Assembly (NCBI GenBank): GCA_965644495.1
Contig: CBFFSA010000012.1
Location: 124,001 to 188,000, forward strand
Reading direction: 5' to 3'
DNA from: Perkinsela sp. CCAP 1560/9
Taxonomy: Eukaryota > Protista > Euglenozoa: Kinetoplastea
DNA length: 64,000 nt
In this document: in pieces, positions 44,501-54,392 of the stretch
How the letters are laid out: each line of letters opens with the position of its first letter
Position numbering within the stretch: the first letter of the stretch is position 1
Made by a program: the position numbers and the translations under genes
Notes under the pieces: model-generated
The model's database searches: none
What the model saw: the letters and a program-made list of their open reading frames with translations, nothing else
What the model was told of the DNA's origin: nothing

Positions 44501-46204
44501 TCAAAGGAGGCTGCATCAGGCGATGTCAAGGCTTCATTCGATACGGAAACAAATTTGCCGCAATCAAATCTATTTGAAAAATCTTCTCCCTTTTCCTTTG
44601 CGGTGAAATCTCCAGAGGGAAAGGAGGCGAGCTTAACTCCGAAGGCTTTCGATTTTAAAGTCTCAACAAAAAGTATTGACACTGAAATATCGACCAAAAC
44701 TCCGGAAACACTCAAGAAATCAAATGAAATACCCTCTGTGTTTCAGTTTGACCAGTCGACGAGCGCTTTTTCCAGTGAAAAAAGGCTTGAGTCTCAGATG
44801 ATGTCTGATACAGAAAACGTGGGCTCAAAGCCAAATACCGATATAAATATTTTTAAAGAAAACGTGACTCACGGGACGACAATATCGCCCGTCGTAGACA
44901 AGGACACACCAAAACCCGAAGACACGACTTTGAATCCCTTCACAAACCTTTCTTTCGGGGTAAAACCACCATCCAGCGCTCCACAAAAGCCTGAGCATAA
45001 AATCCCAAGCCCCTCCCCTACCCTCTCCGCCACCGCAACCCACCCCACCCCTCCCTTAAGACCTTCCCTCCCTCCTTGCGCTCCCCCTCCTCCACCCTCT
45101 GTCCCCGAAAACACGACGAAAATGCCCACCCCCTCACCCTTCACCACGGTCTCCACTACCCAACCCACGGGGACGACCACCACGACCACCACTCACCCCT
45201 TTAAATCCCCCTGGGCCACCCAGCCCCCACCCCCCTCCCCCTTTTCTACAATAGCGACAACAACAGGAGAACAAAAAACGAAAACAACAACAGGAGAAAC
45301 ACAAGGGAATGAAAAAATGGTCTCTTCCTCCACAACACCTTTTTCTTTTTCTTCTTCCCCCTTTGTCGCTGACTCCGGAAACGCAAAGGTTCCGTTCTCT
45401 CATCCCTTTGCTAAATTTTCTTCTACGAACCCTCAAACGGGTTCAAACCCCTTTTCTTCTTCCTCTTCCTCTTCTAGGGGGATTTCACAAAATAAGGGGA
45501 ACAACGGAGGAGAAGGAGAAGAACAGAAGAATCTTGAAAGGAATAAGAATAAGGAGAAGAATAAGGAAAATCAGACACTCGGTAATCCCATCGCTGTGGA
45601 GCCAACCACAGCGAAACCCTCTGAAAGCGTATTCCCCACAAATACGGTTTTATCCTCCGCTCCTCATCCCTTTGGGGGGAGTAACCCATTAGGGGAAATG
45701 AATTCTTTAGGGGATTCAAATTCCTTCCCTGGGGGAGTGGGCGGATGGGGAAATGCGAAGACTATGGGAAGTAGTGCCCTCTCCTCTCATGGAGGATTTG
45801 GAGGGTTTGGGCATTCAAATACGATGGGGAACAGTTCCCCTTCCTCCAATGTTGGATTTGGAAGTTCTTCGAATAGCATGGGAAAGAGTTCAACAGGATT
45901 TGGTGCACGTTCTGCATTTTCAGCCTCGGCTGGGTTTTGGTCTCCCGCCGCTGGGAATGCGACAGAGATGAGTACTGGTGGACCAGCACAAACTGAGACT
46001 GCAGTATTTGGGTCCAATACTCGTTTTCAGAGTCCCAATGGACAACATGAAAGGGGAGCTCAAGGCCATGGATGGGGAAATGGTCTTTCGCAGAACAATG
46101 TGAAAACGCAGGAGGGGGGAACCAACAATGGGGGTCGCGGGGGTTTCCCGCCATCGGTACCTCAAACAGGGTTTCGTCCACGTAGTGCGTTTGCGGGAAT
46201 GTGA
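41504..46204 (+). CDS. Large Ser-rich disordered protein, possible FG nucleoporin
   Basis: 1566-aa ORF; SNPF/PFSF/GFG/FG motifs concentrated at the C-terminus; short central coiled coil. Confidence 0.5.
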   Translation: MVDSNPFKGNKMSSSSVFSDKPDEKSKASNPFLSTSSVSSTGGFHGLVQLKNAIEKNENKSTKKFTSAFTNFPKDTPVLSTHDYVEEFDMLSESGSDTLSTKSSNLSPSDSLSFTENQIPSIDQKLSLRSDSSMLCSTPNAKHSTSEILFDKVETSISTLKGLSVADTGLGKSCEEGPHIESENDKCIKSQTAKNFVSHETLDDIHRTSSMPFQAPSSSAGLGGFGLAMRLAQNLQEKNNNKNSNGEIRNTSAFRDFPQAESVAYSPPFGSLSDSESCASQSFYESDEDRTTRHSSSISEFMDVLTLKANEAEIPGHVLANPDHQKTPSSTSSQSLVGLHTPELSPYPESIEMSEIRKSWLNDTRSGVISDFVQLSSFDQANLQGLASDLQQSYSPSSGHFTGDALIIASENVSIKKEIFSETMLEPSTEQSLGSKWSSQITHPSVLHSANMELGEGSVEDNLCNEGIQSTVFDINSINPVNSANDLDERTAWLENFLETLSIDSSSAEPTDTRMSSTLVDEIRKRSVSQCSELRNVYPIMEQRTESMNARLEAERDKLRETLREVQRMRSRAPSLASGTQAHSVRSVNSAILTPFLDAQSSPADTNSPRDNVVSRPLEKDETATKRDSTLPSSGDFMFGFTQLYLGSAHPERATTWESLTEECGRLSTRSSTKESGEGIRKKPIPKFKGFRVPTSAPVSEHSKATVSKSKLRPSESRASQTDDVDKGVSTNFLHYKDSNRKSFEESSLQKSETLPSEQISKSPNVTRKPDHSGRAAMPSLDVSSIKSSREASPDPFPPPSSHFRQQLAVKGSKIFTDKIQVEQLETRSNKPVSSLALNTTQALDSAGMSTHSREDMRSITPTAIQGKKDVIAQELYVKSDKKAPEKSTASTLLSSSKEVALSFVENTTSLSIGQQLENIDETENATPFSDVNFAAGTKKISTIELSSHLETKGSKDSVNSFSNNLKSQLSIANTGSLLEQKAETPSFSSQVLSTLLPKSKEAASGDVKASFDTETNLPQSNLFEKSSPFSFAVKSPEGKEASLTPKAFDFKVSTKSIDTEISTKTPETLKKSNEIPSVFQFDQSTSAFSSEKRLESQMMSDTENVGSKPNTDINIFKENVTHGTTISPVVDKDTPKPEDTTLNPFTNLSFGVKPPSSAPQKPEHKIPSPSPTLSATATHPTPPLRPSLPPCAPPPPPSVPENTTKMPTPSPFTTVSTTQPTGTTTTTTTHPFKSPWATQPPPPSPFSTIATTTGEQKTKTTTGETQGNEKMVSSSTTPFSFSSSPFVADSGNAKVPFSHPFAKFSSTNPQTGSNPFSSSSSSSRGISQNKGNNGGEGEEQKNLERNKNKEKNKENQTLGNPIAVEPTTAKPSESVFPTNTVLSSAPHPFGGSNPLGEMNSLGDSNSFPGGVGGWGNAKTMGSSALSSHGGFGGFGHSNTMGNSSPSSNVGFGSSSNSMGKSSTGFGARSAFSASAGFWSPAAGNATEMSTGGPAQTETAVFGSNTRFQSPNGQHERGAQGHGWGNGLSQNNVKTQEGGTNNGGRGGFPPSVPQTGFRPRSAFAGM

Positions 46205-46496
46205 GGCCATGGTCGAACAGAGGGGGGCGGAAGTGATCGTATGAGTAAGTGTACGGAGATTATGTGATGGACGACGGTGTGCAGTGCAAATGTCAAGTAC
46301 AGCAATCTAAAACTGTGATGTGATGGGAGTATCTAGAGGAAACCGTGCATATTTCTTTCACCCAACTTTTTTTGAGGAAGGATTTTATTAAAATGTGTGG
46401 ATGATTAGAGAGCATACATGTATGTTTGGGATTTATTAGATACTGATGTATTGCTAGACATTTACAATTTTATAAATTAAAATATTTTTAATTACC

Positions 46497-47927
46497 ATGC
46501 CCCTTGCCTTGGCGCACACTGTTCAAAAACTCGAAAAAAGAAAACGTGTACAACCTTGTTACACGAAAGAGCAAAAGATGGAGTTCGCACGGAAAAGTAA
46601 TGCTTATCCAAATACCGAACAAGCTGCAAGAGCACTTGGTGTGTCAAGTACCGCTCTTCGAGAATGGAGAGCAGGTATAGTGAATCCCGTAGCTTGTTTC
46701 TCGAGAGAGAGAAAACTCGACTTTGTTGAACAGACGAAAAAATACGCAAAACTATCAGATGCTGCTAAAGCCTTGGGTATACCTGCTAAGACTCTCTCAA
46801 AGTGGCGCGTGGATCAAAATGGCGCGAATCTTTTAGGAAGTACTGCAAGGGATCGATCGGGCCCTGACAACTCTTGTCTCCCTAAGTCTTCCTCTCCACC
46901 CCAGAAATACAATACAAAGACGCATTCTTCATCTGTTTCTCAAAGTGAGTGCAATACTGAAGGCAATGTGAAGCCCGCAGAAAACAATTGCTATACTCAT
47001 GAAATATTTCAAAATGGCCCTTTGGAAGATGCAACACGCTCTTCTTTCGACACGCATGTCGAGGCTCCCAACCATTACCAAAGTTTGATTCAGTCGGCGG
47101 AACACGTTGAAATTCCATGGCTTCTGCCTGAAATAAATCCCGAATTAGTGCGCAGATTTAAAAACTACAACGAACAGCAAGTTTTTGACCACGTAGACGA
47201 TTTGATTGAAGAAGGAGAGCGAATCCTTCAGGGCTTGGAGGAACAGAAATTACAAGAATTGGCGCTCTTCTGGTCGCCTCACCGAAAATTGCGGTATATA
47301 CTTTGGGAAACCCTCGCGCCTCGCATTTTGTTAGAATCCCTTCACAAGGCCTATGGCTATCATCTTGAGCTAAAGGAGTTCGAGGAACTGTACCACGCGT
47401 CCATTCGAAACACATGGCCCTGGCTTCTCTCCTATCCCTACTCTGTTCGTAGAGATGTTCTTTTCTGGTGTGGAGATGTCACCGACGTGGACTGTAAACT
47501 TCGAGGCTATATGGAATACACGTATTACTTGTACCAGCGAAAAGGGGTATTGTACCCCGTAAATAAGAAAACAGAACTAAAACAAGAAACTGAAAATGAT
47601 ATGAATAATGCATCCGTCCTGTCCTCACAAACACTTGAGGATACGTTGCGTCCTTTTAGGGGTTCCGAACCTCCAACGGATCTTTGGGACTTTTCTTGTC
47701 TAGAAACTCATAGTGATATGGCGGAGCGAGTTCAAACAGAGGCAGAATTCAATGGTTTTCAGAAAAAATGGCACATTGAAATGGCACGAGCCTACTGGAG
47801 ACTGTTTGATCGGTCTCCAGTAGGCTCGTGCCATTTCAATGTGCCATTTTTTCTGAAAACCATTGAATTCTGCCTCTGTTTGAACTCTGAGAATGATACT
47901 CTCCGTTTTTTGGGTATACGTGCGTAA
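46497..47927 (+). CDS. Protein with two N-terminal HTH repeats (psq/Brinker/transposase-type)
   Basis: YTKEQKMEF..AARALGVSSTALREWR and FSRERKLDF..AAKALGIPAKTLSKWR; C-terminus is formed by an inverted duplication. Confidence 0.6.
   Translation: MPLALAHTVQKLEKRKRVQPCYTKEQKMEFARKSNAYPNTEQAARALGVSSTALREWRAGIVNPVACFSRERKLDFVEQTKKYAKLSDAAKALGIPAKTLSKWRVDQNGANLLGSTARDRSGPDNSCLPKSSSPPQKYNTKTHSSSVSQSECNTEGNVKPAENNCYTHEIFQNGPLEDATRSSFDTHVEAPNHYQSLIQSAEHVEIPWLLPEINPELVRRFKNYNEQQVFDHVDDLIEEGERILQGLEEQKLQELALFWSPHRKLRYILWETLAPRILLESLHKAYGYHLELKEFEELYHASIRNTWPWLLSYPYSVRRDVLFWCGDVTDVDCKLRGYMEYTYYLYQRKGVLYPVNKKTELKQETENDMNNASVLSSQTLEDTLRPFRGSEPPTDLWDFSCLETHSDMAERVQTEAEFNGFQKKWHIEMARAYWRLFDRSPVGSCHFNVPFFLKTIEFCLCLNSENDTLRFLGIRA
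47728..47887. repeat. Perfect inverted repeat, 75-bp arms, 10-nt loop
   Basis: 47728-47802 is the exact reverse complement of 47813-47887. Confidence 0.95.
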
Positions 47928-48375
47928 GCGCATTTTTAAAAAAGGCCTTTATAGAATTTTCTTTATGATCATTAGTTTAACTCATTATGCTAACTAAGCA
48001 CTCATTTTTGTATGATATCACTAAGCTTTATACTTTTTTTTAACTAAATATCCTTTTCTCTTCAAATCGAGACTCTGCTTTTCAGTTTCATTTTTGCTAT
48101 TATTCCTTTTTGCTATTGTTCCTTGCGCTTTTATGTGACCAATCTCCTTCACAATCGAGCAACCTTTTTTCTCGCCAGAATGTTGCCCGAACTTTGGGCA
48201 TGTAAAAACCCAACCTGTTATAATTATTTTCTTATCTTCTTTTCTTTTCTTTCTTGACAGAATAAATACATAGAAATAGAGGGAGTGCGCGTGAAATCTC
48301 GATGACATCTCGCGAAACCTCGGTGAAACTTCGCCACCCGCATCCCCTCAATTATTATAGTTATAGCTTTAACTA

Positions 48376-48720
48376 TTTAGGCTCTTCGTTAAACGCGGTG
48401 GTCGTTTTCAACTTAGAAGTCACTCATGCTGAGCGCTTCGCGTTGAAAACGACCACCGCGTTTAACGGAGAGCCTAAAAAAGAAAAATCGGCAAAAGAAA
48501 GATGGGGATTAGATGAATAATCAATTTTTTTGGGTGAAAAAGCTGGATTTTTTGGCAAATATTCCGAAATTTTTTGGGCCGAATTTGGGCTGTTTTGGAT
48601 GCCTTACCAGTATGGGCAGGAGTCGAATCTGTCGACAAAAACGTCGTAGAATGGTAGCTGAGGTCCCAAAATCTCTAAATACGGTTTAGGAGTCGATTTT
48701 GGAAAACTAATATTTTTACT
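48376..48720. mobile_element. Hairpin-ended element, second subfamily, truncated inverted copy
   Basis: Large hairpin from 48378; homology to ~27260-27566 (reverse). Confidence 0.7.
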
Positions 48721-49022
48721 AGATAGAAATTGTGAGTATTAAATGGATACATGTATACAATGTAATACGTGTATATTTGTAATACGTGTATATTCGCATG
48801 ATGACGCAACCTAGTTCCGCTATTGATGGGTGCATGATACCAAAACAATGCTTACCGAAAGAGACTGAAAAACTACCTGTTCTTTTGACTTATTCATTCG
48901 AAAGAAACTATTTTTCTTATTCTTTGTTTCAAGACCACACCTAAATCAGTTTCCGTCTTTTTCACGCTCTATTTTCTACTTTTATCCACTTTTGCCCGTA
49001 CATTTGTTTTACCCTTCTGCTC

Positions 49023-49535
49023 ATGGTTCGGATCCAAGTCCAACGTCCTCCTCTCAAACCCAACGCTACCTCCGTCAGCACGGAAACCACAATCTTAAAT
49101 TCTCCTTCCGGTTTGCCCCTCCAAAACGTGCCAGAAAAATCATCTGAAAGTTCATCAAAGAACACACTTAAACGCACACCATCGACAGCTATATCAAAAG
49201 AAGAAATTTCCGAATTTATGCCAACAAAGGAAAAAAATCTGCAACCACAGAAAAAGACTGCAGCTGAGAAAAAGTGGCAACGTCGAATGGAGGAAAGAGA
49301 ACGTAAGAAGCGTGTGCGACACCTAGCCGACACCTTAAAAGAACAAATGGAGGCACAAAGTCGTCGGGCTCGGGAGGAACGAAAAAAGAGCTTAGAACGA
49401 CGCAAGGAGAGGGAAAGGGACGGAATGGTGCTGCAGAAAATTTCCCGCACGCGGGCGATTAAAAAACTGGCCCCCCACGTACGACGGCGATTGGGTATCT
49501 ATGCCAATCATGAGCTACAGAAACAAATGATGTAG
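49023..49535 (+). CDS. Cgr1/CCDC86-like rRNA-processing protein
   Basis: KKWQRRMEERERKK..ERRKERERDGMVLQKISRTRAIKKL follows the Cgr1/CCDC86 coiled-coil pattern. Confidence 0.65.
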   Translation: MVRIQVQRPPLKPNATSVSTETTILNSPSGLPLQNVPEKSSESSSKNTLKRTPSTAISKEEISEFMPTKEKNLQPQKKTAAEKKWQRRMEERERKKRVRHLADTLKEQMEAQSRRAREERKKSLERRKERERDGMVLQKISRTRAIKKLAPHVRRRLGIYANHELQKQMM

Positions 49536-49693
49536 AACAGAGGCATCGCTTTTTGTGTTTTCATGTGAGTATGTACGCGTGATTCGCTTTCGTGTTTTGT
49601 AAACTGTTCATTTCATGATCATCAATTCCGGAATGGGTACTTTCACGGGTTACTCAAGTACTTTAAAATGCTAATTATCGTGGATGAATTGTC

Positions 49694-49725
49694 AGCTGCG
49701 GGTGAGTCCGGACTCACCCGCAGCT
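49694..49725. repeat. Perfect 32-bp palindrome
   Basis: AGCTGCGGGTGAGTCCGGACTCACCCGCAGCT equals its own reverse complement. Confidence 0.95.
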
Positions 49726-49843
49726 TCTCAGGTGAAAGTTGGTCTAACCATAGTTAACTTATTTAAACTATACATGTATACTTTTAGTTCATTTCACTTG
49801 TCGGACTTGCTTCTATTAAATATCATTTCTATATAGTGGATTC

Positions 49844-50689
49844 ATGCCTATTGAGTGGTTCTATATTTGCGCCTTTATTCTCTGCGCGGAGGAACAACCA
49901 CGCACCAGGTTAGGAAAAGTAAGGCCTGAAGTAATCTCCGAAGATGCTATTATGATGGGACTAGTATCAGAAATAAAGAATCCAGACCCCTCTTGGGTTA
50001 TTACTAACAAGAAAGGATTGCTCTCGCATAAAAGAACCTCAGTTTGTCAGTGGAGAGGTGTTTCTTGCGATTCCCAGTCAAATGTGGAGAGAATATTCTG
50101 GGAAAATCTGGGTATGCGTGGAACTTTAAAAGGCCCATTTCCACGTCGCTTGAACGCTTTCGGGATTTGGAATAATAACCTATTTGGCGAGATACATGTG
50201 TGCCATTTTCCCGATTCTCTCACAGCATTTCACATTGATTGTAATCACTATACAGGCTCACTAGATCTCACACGACTTCCTCCTGGAATGGTAAAGTTGT
50301 CCATGTATCAAAATTCATTTTCTGGGCCCTTGGATATCAGTGCGCTACCCCCTACAATAACACAACTAGGATTCGCGGAAAACAAACTGACGGGAGTTCT
50401 AAACTTTGTGCATCTGCCGAAAGCATTCGAGTTTATATCATTGTTTGGGAATAATATCGTGGCTTACATTCCTCCCTCTTGGTTCCATATGCGGTTATGT
50501 GTCGAGGGAAAAAGTCCTCGCAAGTATGCAAAGCTGGGGGATGCAACGCCCTCATCTCTCATAAGGTGTGAAGCCAAGAAAAATGATTTTTATCAACTTG
50601 ATACACGAAATTCAAAGCCATGTGTAGTAGAAGAAAACACAGACTTTTCAAAATTAAGGTGGAAAGCAATTTGTATTCCTTTTGTATAA
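49844..50689 (+). CDS. Leucine-rich repeat protein
   Basis: Hydrophobic N-terminus, RLGKVR leader, VCQWRGVSC cap, LRRs. Confidence 0.85.
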   Translation: MPIEWFYICAFILCAEEQPRTRLGKVRPEVISEDAIMMGLVSEIKNPDPSWVITNKKGLLSHKRTSVCQWRGVSCDSQSNVERIFWENLGMRGTLKGPFPRRLNAFGIWNNNLFGEIHVCHFPDSLTAFHIDCNHYTGSLDLTRLPPGMVKLSMYQNSFSGPLDISALPPTITQLGFAENKLTGVLNFVHLPKAFEFISLFGNNIVAYIPPSWFHMRLCVEGKSPRKYAKLGDATPSSLIRCEAKKNDFYQLDTRNSKPCVVEENTDFSKLRWKAICIPFV

Positions 50690-50944
50690 AGTTCAAATAA
50701 CATTAAGGCAATTGCGACATAGGAAATATCACCATCAATGATAATGGACGAAAATCAAAACATAAAAAACGGGACAAGAAGTAAAAATTGTCATTAATTA
50801 CCGTTACTATTTCTGTGCTATAGGCTTGGTCTTCCACGAAAAAGTTGAAATTGGCAGAAACAAAGACAATCGTGCGGCAAAGTTCTCCATTACAATTACT
50901 TAGTAGTACAACACTTTATATTGTTAAGACCCACACAGATTACA

Positions 50945-51170
50945 ATGCTTCCCTTTTTTTCTCATGCTTTTCAGGGCTGCGGATCAGTAGCCACGCAGTT
51001 GATTAGGGAAGGTAAGACTTCATTTTATTCTGGAGGACGATATTATGATGGGAGTGATATCAGAAATACAAAATCCAGAACCGTCATGGGTTACAGTCAA
51101 ACCTAAATCAATCTTTGGCAAGAAAAAATATTATCTCCGTGTGCACATTGAGCGGCGTTTCCTGTGATCA
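50945..51170 (+). pseudogene. Truncated LRR paralog of 49844
   Basis: LGKVRLHFILEDDIMMGVISEIQNPEPSWV parallels LGKVRPEVISEDAIMMGLVSEIKNPDPSWV; frameshifted and truncated. Confidence 0.75.
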
Positions 51171-51491
51171 TCATTTCTCGGTTTGGTTTGATGTTATACG
51201 TCGAGGCTAACCCCCGGAGGATGGCTAAATTACAGGACTCCTCGGCTCGACGTCTTGTAGGGCATGAAGCTTTGAAAAATCACTTTTATGCGCTTGAATC
51301 AAATGAAGTCCACAAGTGAAAGGCGTAGAACATTTGTTGAATTCAAAGCGGGAATTTATCTCAATACCAGTTGAAAGATGACGGCAAGTTGAACTTTCGT
51401 AATACGCCCTAGGCATATCAGGGATCAAGAGAGGACCGACTTACGTTGATATATTTCAACCTCTGAACATTTTTATTTCGAATTCAAAGTA

Positions 51492-51670
51492 CTGCTCCCC
51501 CTCCCCTCGAGTTCACCCGGTCGGACCACCCGTTTAAGCGCTTATAGAGTTAAGGTGCAGACTCCGGCGCCGCGAAGCGGCGCCAATTTTTGTATTATGT
51601 ACTGATTCAGACCCCCCCGTTTAAGCGCACTTTTCACGGAAATCGAGATGCGCTTAAACGGGGGGGACAG
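51492..51670. mobile_element. Small MITE
   Basis: CTG..CCCC / GGGGGGACAG ends with TA flanks, repeated CCCGTTTAAGCGC motif, internal GGCGCCGC-GAA-GCGGCGCC hairpin. Confidence 0.55.
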
Positions 51671-51989
51671 TATTTTCAAACTTTCTTATTAATGTGTCGT
51701 TCGTTATTGTTGTATTGCTTACATGCTTTGCAGTGCCATGATGAACCGTTTTTCCTTATTCGCTTTGTTCAAGGACAAAATCTGGTCAAAGTGAAGCATT
51801 ATTGCGCCTTTTTTGGAAAAAAATAAATGAAGATATTTTTTTAGCTTTATGGGCCGCTATTACTTATTTCTTTTGATTTCGCTTTTTTAAAGGTTTTAAA
51901 AAAAGCGCTTTATAAAGGATTTTAAAAAGCACTTTATAAAGGATTTCCCCCGCTTTTTCCGATCTTCAGATCATTGACGACTTCTCCGC

Positions 51990-52209
51990 TAAACTTTGGT
52001 CGATCTTTTCTTTCTTCATCAAAGCACCCAAGGGTCCCATTCCCACGGGATCGTACTGCCTTCTTGAGCATCTCATTCATGAGTTCAACAGTGTTGGTGT
52101 GCACCAAAGATCGTCGATGATTAACTGTCTCATGCCGCAAGTCGTTTCCCAGCGAGCGACTCGATCGCCAACAATCAGTGCGCGTTACGGTTCGGCTTCC
52201 AGCAGACAA
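51990..52209 (-). pseudogene. Merlin/IS1595-type transposase remnant
   Basis: TDCWRS..HETVNH..VHTNTVE..LKK matches the IS1595/Merlin D..H.TVNH..HTN.IE signature. Confidence 0.65.
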
Positions 52210-52465
52210 CTTAATTAATTGTGTTGTTGTGCGCAGTTCATAGTGATAAACCGTGAAAAAAGTTTGTATTTTTAATAATCTGACACACTCTAAAAGAAAA
52301 CATACTTAGTTCAAACCAATATTTGAAAAATGTAAAAAAGTGATTTTTTGGCGCAATAATGCTTCACTTTCACCCAAAATCTTTAAAACACTACAGATAC
52401 ATACACATACTATTGGTTACTATTTAAGGGTACTACGATTAACATGTTAAGATTTCTCTTCTACA

Positions 52466-53242
52466 ATGTTTCGTAGACTGCAGGTTATTCTCTCTGATTC
52501 GCTGCGAGAGAAAATCATTGCCAACCGCTTGCTACGCGCAAAGCTCTCCAAGGATCCTGAGCTCGCTGTTAGGTTTGAAAACATGTCACTTTGGGAAAAA
52601 GATGATTTCCTCTATCTTATGCACAAGGAAGAAAAAACGCGTCACCTGCAGCAGCAGGCGGATCGGACACGACAAGAACAGTGTCAATCCAGTGAGGAAT
52701 CGTTTCAAAAAATGTTAAAGAAAAAACAGCCTCAACGAGGACAGACATCCACAGAACCTTCTCCTGGACGTGATGCTTCTACAAATAGCAGCTCCCCTAT
52801 TGAAGATGTGGAAGACATTTACGCTCAAGCTCTTCGTACTCACCGAAAACGAGAAGAAAGGGAACAAGCATTTCAAATGACGGGGGACGGTGCCGACGAA
52901 GAAGACACAAGAAAAGCGCAAGAGCAATGGAATCAGCATATGGCGCAGTCGCGCGTGTTAATGAAAGAAAGGGGCTTTGCTGAACGCGTCAACCGCAAAT
53001 CACGGAAACTGTTTAATCACCAGATCGAACGGATCGCCTCTCAAGTGGGGCGGTGCGTCATCGTCGATGTGACGCCAAAGGCGAAAACCCCACTACTTAC
53101 CAGAGCAGAGCGAAGGAAAATTGAGCAAAGTACAGCAGAAAATACTGCGTCTCAGGAAAAGGGCAGCAGGAATCATCCCTCCGTTCTTCATGAACGTGGA
53201 AGTTGTACATCTCTTCCAAACACCAATCTTTTTCTTGGGTAG
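52466..53242 (+). CDS. Hypothetical charged helical protein (possible mitochondrial MFRR leader)
   Basis: 258-aa ORF on the host strand; no family recognised. Confidence 0.65.
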   Translation: MFRRLQVILSDSLREKIIANRLLRAKLSKDPELAVRFENMSLWEKDDFLYLMHKEEKTRHLQQQADRTRQEQCQSSEESFQKMLKKKQPQRGQTSTEPSPGRDASTNSSSPIEDVEDIYAQALRTHRKREEREQAFQMTGDGADEEDTRKAQEQWNQHMAQSRVLMKERGFAERVNRKSRKLFNHQIERIASQVGRCVIVDVTPKAKTPLLTRAERRKIEQSTAENTASQEKGSRNHPSVLHERGSCTSLPNTNLFLG

Positions 53243-53872
53243 GAATCCTCGTATCTTTTTTCGCTTAGTACCCATTATGTCAATGGTTGTATTACTGCGG
53301 CTAAGTCCTCGATTATTTAAAGATTGGATTCTAACCATTAGAAGAGTGAAGCACTGATACTTGGACTGGTGCGCTTTAAACGGGAGGGGCAGTACTTAGT
53401 ACTTTCCGAGCTTTGACCGCAATATCCCCTCAGAGAATTCACGGAACGGGTCTTCGTCCAGAGCAGCACTCCTTTGCCACCTTCAGTAGGTCAATGAGCA
53501 GCTCCGCCAAAATGTCTTTGAGGCCAATCGTCTATGAGATACACTCATTAGGGATTTTCAGTTCCGTTTCTTATTTCCAAATCGATACGTACACCGTACT
53601 TACTATGATCTAAAGGATGCTGTACAGCATCATACTCATATCCCCCATTTTCTGTTTAATACCTGCCCCCCTTCCCCCATGCTTTAATTTAATGCTTAAA
53701 TTTTAGTTTCGTAGGCATTGGCCCGAAACCCATTCTCTTGATGGGGGTCGCTGTATCACATTGGTTGTATAACTAACGCACCTCCCTTCGATGTATTTCG
53801 AAGGTTGGCGTAGCAAGCACGCTTCTTATCCATAGTTTACAAAAATTATCGAGTATTAAACATTTCGGCTCG

Positions 53873-54376
53873 ATGCCATCGAAAATGTACCCTTAAATAG
53901 GTTTTTTTGAGTTTTTTATAGTTTTCATTTCTTCACGCCAGATTCATATTGGGGTGCCTTTGCAACGTTTTTTCACCGATTTTTACGTACTTATTCTTAC
54001 CAAGTTTATCCTCAAAGCATAATATCCGATGTTAAAAAAGCCTATTTTTTTTGGAATTTCATCGGTTTCGTTTACTCTTACTTCATTCATAAGAATGAAG
54101 TACTGGTGCTTGCAGCGATTACTTCGCCTTCCATCAGGGCAAGTGCACTTAGTCGTGCTTTCCCTCTATGTAGATTGTAAGAGTGAACGAAACCGATGAA
54201 ATTCCGAAAAAAGAAACTTTTTTGACGTCGGCACTTAGGTATTGAGGATAAACTAGGTAAGCGAAAGCATGTAAAAATGGGTGAAAAAACGTTGCAAAGG
54301 CACCAGAATATGAATCTGGAGTGTAGAAATGAAAACTATAAAACAAAACGTTTTTGGGGTGCATTTTCGATGGCAT
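53873..54376. mobile_element. Foldback element with ~200-bp diverged arms
   Basis: 53873-54080 is an imperfect reverse complement of 54178-54376; ~97-bp spacer; no TSD seen. Confidence 0.7.
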
Positions 54377-54392
54377 TAATCCAACATTTTTT

